Made by a program: the position numbers and the translations under genes. This document shows positions 60,467-64,000 of a stretch of 64,000 bases of DNA, in pieces (within the stretch, counting starts at the first letter, position 1; each line of letters starts with the position of its first letter). The notes under the pieces were generated by a model. That model was given only the letters and a program-made list of their open reading frames with translations, had not been told where the DNA came from and ran no database searches. This DNA comes from Gekko japonicus (lineage: Eukaryota): the NCBI RefSeq assembly GCF_001447785.1, contig NW_015172020.1, forward strand, positions 965,302-1,029,301. The letters are read 5' to 3'.

Positions 60467-62067
60467 AGTACCTTAGAAGGCCAGGAAGACTATTCCTCTG
60501 TCCTGCCCAGTTTCATAACTTGCCCTTCTTGGCTTCACATTACACATGCACCAGCATAAACCACGGCAGACACCATCCATGCCAGACTCCAAACATTTCT
60601 CTTTCTGTGCTTATCCATGGTCTGCATCTCACACAAAACCAGCATTAGCACTGGAAAATAAAAGGGCAGGAACTTGCTCCAGATGGGGAAAGCGAGCGTG
60701 CCAGCCTCAGTTAGCAGCATGATATCTGGACCTGACCCTTGTCTTCAAAGAAAAAAAAAATCATCTGTGCACAGCCTTAATTGCACCATAGGCATCTTCC
60801 ATGCAGCAGGTGCTCGTGTCCTGTTCCAAGGCTGGCTTCCCATTCCCTCTCCGCTTAGGACCCTTTTCCAGATGCCTGCTGTACAAGCATAGAAGAATGG
60901 GCCATAACACTTCAATGTGTGGGTGAATACTCCTCTGTGATGAAAGCTTCCTGAAAATAGTAGCCCATCAAGTCAGGGAGTTATTTGAAGCACATCCTTC
61001 TTGCTAATGGGCTAATTCTGTTCTTTCTTCCAAGATAAATCTTGACTTTATTCAATTATTTACTTCATTGTCCACCTTTCTCGCAGAGACTTGGCTCTTA
61101 CCTTGGGGAGCATTCAAAAATGGTATTCTCCCCCCCCCAACACACACACAACACCTGTTAAGTCAAATAGTGACCTAGGGTTGTCAAGTCCCCCCCTGGC
61201 CACTGGAGGGGGCTGGGATGTGTGTGTAGAGTTGCCAGATCCAAGTTGGGGAACTCTCGGAGATTTGGGGATGGAGCCTGTAACAGGGACTCAGCGGGGT
61301 AAAATGCCACAGAGTCCACCTTCCAAAGCATCCATTTTCTCCAAGGGAACTGATCTCTGCAGTCTGGAGAGGAGCCGTAATTCAGAGCTGGAGGCGGGCA
61401 TCCTTAAGTATAGCCCATCGTGTCTTCACCTTTGTCTCCTCTTGCGGCACACATGGATTGGGGACTTGCATTTCTTTAGCTGACATCCCTCCTTGCTTCC
61501 ACTGTGGAACTCAAGGTGACATTCCTAGGGTTCCCAGGAGGTCTTCCTCCAAAGCAATAATCAGACCCAGGTTGCGAGGTCAAGTGCCTTCAAGCCATGC
61601 TCTGGGATCACCTTTGTAGCCATCATGTGCCTCCCTGCACTGTCTGGGAAACGTGCAGGAGGAGCACATGCCTCAGTCCCTCCCCAGGCCACTGTCGTCC
61701 CTTCCCCTACTCATCAGCCTACCTTTGACCTCTTTCCATCCCACCCTCACCCCATCCTTCTCCATCTCCTACAGATCTAGGGTTGCCCAATGGGTCCACC
61801 TGGCCTAGCTCTTGTGCATTTAATCTTCTCCTACCGCACAGCTATGAAGAAAGGGAAGGGTTTGCTTTTCTTCATCCCCGTGCCTCCATGCTGGGGGAAG
61901 CGGCAACGTTTTGTGAGCCTTGCCAGAAAAAGTGTGAGAGAAGTGTAGGCTTTGGATGTGCGTGGGAAATGACTTTTCACTAGCCTACCCTTCAGTGGGG
62001 AAAAGGGCAGGGCAGAGATAGGCAACCTTTTCAGTCCAAGTGCCAGGAAACACCCACACTTTCCTAC

Positions 62068-62115
62068 CTGTGAAACCGTTGTCGTGTTAGACAAACATGT
62101 TGATGAGGTTTGCCA
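62068..62115 (-). CDS. MPP1: Candidate additional in-frame MPP1 exon (WQTSSTCLSNTTTVSQ) upstream of exon 6
   Basis: TTTTGCTCATTTTCAG| acceptor, CAG|GTAGGA donor, 48 nt, open in phase 0 as required by exon 6. Confidence 0.5.
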
Positions 62116-62844
62116 CTGAAAATGAGCAAAACCATGCAGATTGCCCTAACTTTCACAGGTTACAGAATCCAGATTGTTCTTGGCTTAGGAATTTGGGTTC
62201 TGTTAAAGCAGAATGTTTTAAAGTGGCCCTGGGTTCAGGTGGCTGGGTGTCTTCTTTTGTGGAAGACAGTCCCCTTTTCCTCAGTAAAACTGGCTGAAGG
62301 TTTGGAGTTGTGTGGGGGTTTTTTAACCTGAAGGAGCTTTCTGGAAACATTTGAGTGACAGGCTGTCATTCAAGAAGCTGAGCTCTGCCTGCTGCCTCAG
62401 ACAGAGCTGGCAGGATAGTGAGCTCTATTTATACTCAAATTATAGTAATTATGTATAAATTTGCACCTACGAATGTCACTTAGCAGATGCAATTTTGTAC
62501 AAATTGCGTCCTCCTCGAACCTTTATCGGTCTTCCATAGACAGCCACTCTACCCAGGGCTTTTAGCTGGGGAAGGGAAGGGGAGGCTTTTGAAGATGCTT
62601 CCCCAGCCAGCCAGCCTGCCAAGGTTGAGAGAAGGGGTTTAAACTTTAAACCCCTTCTCTCTGGAGTCGCGCTGCAGCGCGATCTTCCCATTATATTCTA
62701 TGGGGCCATAGAATATAATGGGAAGATTGCGCCACTGTTGCGGCGCGACTCCAGAGAGAAGGAGCTGGGGAGGGGGAGCTGGGGGCGGGACTTGTGCCCA
62801 CTCCTGGGCTGCTGGAGCAGTGCTCCGGCCCCAAATGACCCCTG

Positions 62845-63095
62845 GTGTGTAGTATAGCCAGGAGATCCTAAGATTGTCAGGCAGCCAAAAAGTCCAGCTC
62901 TTTAGCTTTATGGACCACTAGGTGGTGAGCTAGACTTGTTTTTAAGGCAAGAGATGTTTCAGAGGTGGCTTGCCATTGCCTGCCTCTGCATCACAACCCT
63001 GGTATTCCTTGGAGGTCACCCTTCCAAATACTAGCCAAGGCCAACCCTGCTTAGCTTCCGAGATCTGACTAGATCGGGCTAGCCTGGGCTATCCA
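62845..63095 (-). mobile_element. 5S-headed SINE with shared CTCF-motif 3' module
   Basis: 5S-like head at ~62960-63095, module at 62845-62940 homologous to 7040-7147 and 26390-26475. Confidence 0.7.
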
Positions 63096-64000
63096 GTTTG
63101 GAGAAGTCAGGACAGATTGGCTAGCTTGATCACCTCGAGGTGGAGTGGCAATTACTCACAGGAATGGCTTTAAACTATACACTCCAAAAATCCCTAGAAG
63201 GCATGCCCAACAACAACAGCTGAATGGAACCTCCAGGTTCAGAGGCAGTGTATCTTCAAAGATCTTCAAAGAACAAATGCCAAAGAAAAACAGTCAAAAA
63301 AACACAGTGTGAGCATTCAAAGGTATCTGGGCTGGCAGCCCCAGGTCGTTCTTTGGCCTGGTCCACAATTGAAGCAGAATGAGGTGCCAGAGTTCTGAGG
63401 AAGTAGAACGTGTTATACATATTAGATTCCAAATAAAAAATGAAGTCAAATGAGGGAAAACAGTTGGACCAAAAGTTGACTGCTTTCTGAGCATATTCAG
63501 GAAGTACACGATCTTTTATACATGAACTGACATAATCAAGAAAACAATATAAAAAAAAAATGCCGTTATTATTTAGTATAAGTTAGTTATTAGAGTTAAG
63601 ATAAGAATTGAATTGTGCTATCCTGTCTTGTTTTTACCCTTGTGTTAAACTCTTTGTGATCCAGCAGCGGCAGCCAACTTCTAATCACCAGTGATTTTAG
63701 TTTGTTTTTTGGTTGTCCGATAGGTTTTGTGTATCGCCGCCTTATCTGTGTGGCTTTCTCATGAAGTAACTTTCTTCCTTTTTCTTTTGGTCTGCAGACC
63801 TCATGTCAGTTTGCTTAAAAGACACCGATGGCTGCACATGTGATCAAAAGAACAACACAGAGGCAAGTCCCCTTATCTGAATACTCTCACAGACACTGTG
63901 AAGCCATTAGCCTCATGGAGGAAACAAACGATACCTGTATTTTGCCTATCTGTAACCTATCTGTATTTTTTTCCCCTCAGGGAGATAAGAGCAATCGAAG

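Noticed and set aside
63300-63365. Possible further MPP1 linker exon (RPKNDLGLPAQIPLNAHT)
   Set aside because: Weak acceptor and donor, and phases do not fit; resemblance to CASK linker is superficial.
58593-64000. MPP1 exon 5 (PDZ C-terminal, K..GM.SLKVIPNQ)
   Set aside because: Not found in the window; presumably lies beyond 64000.

Overview
Vertebrate genomic DNA from a squamate reptile. Sauria SINE, Squam3-like SINE and Bov-B content suggest a gecko; two N-gaps indicate a draft assembly. The window is homologous to human Xq28 and carries four genes: (1) a GPR34-like P2Y12-group GPCR on the minus strand (~4.1-5.3 kb); (2) intronless F8A1/HAP40 on the plus strand (20727-21711, interrupted by a gap); (3) a complete 15-exon DKC1/dyskerin on the plus strand (28004-45813, ~517 aa); (4) the 3' half of MPP1/p55 on the minus strand (exons 6-12), tail-to-tail with DKC1. 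DKC1 introns host four snoRNAs: H/ACA SNORA36 and SNORA56, plus two C/D snoRNAs of the orphan U83/U84 (SNORD117/SNORD84) family, which in human reside in DDX39B. Most notable observations: a 660-bp tandem duplication of frame-shifting DKC1 exon 2; a 174-bp duplication doubling the E-box pair in DKC1 intron 1; a candidate 48-nt extra MPP1 exon in the PDZ-SH3 linker; a Penelope-type hammerhead ribozyme core in DKC1 intron 9; a CTCF-motif-bearing 3' module shared by tRNA- and 5S-headed SINEs; and a ~420-bp palindrome made by two MITEs at one target site. All family and gene assignments are from recalled sequences and motifs, not database searches.
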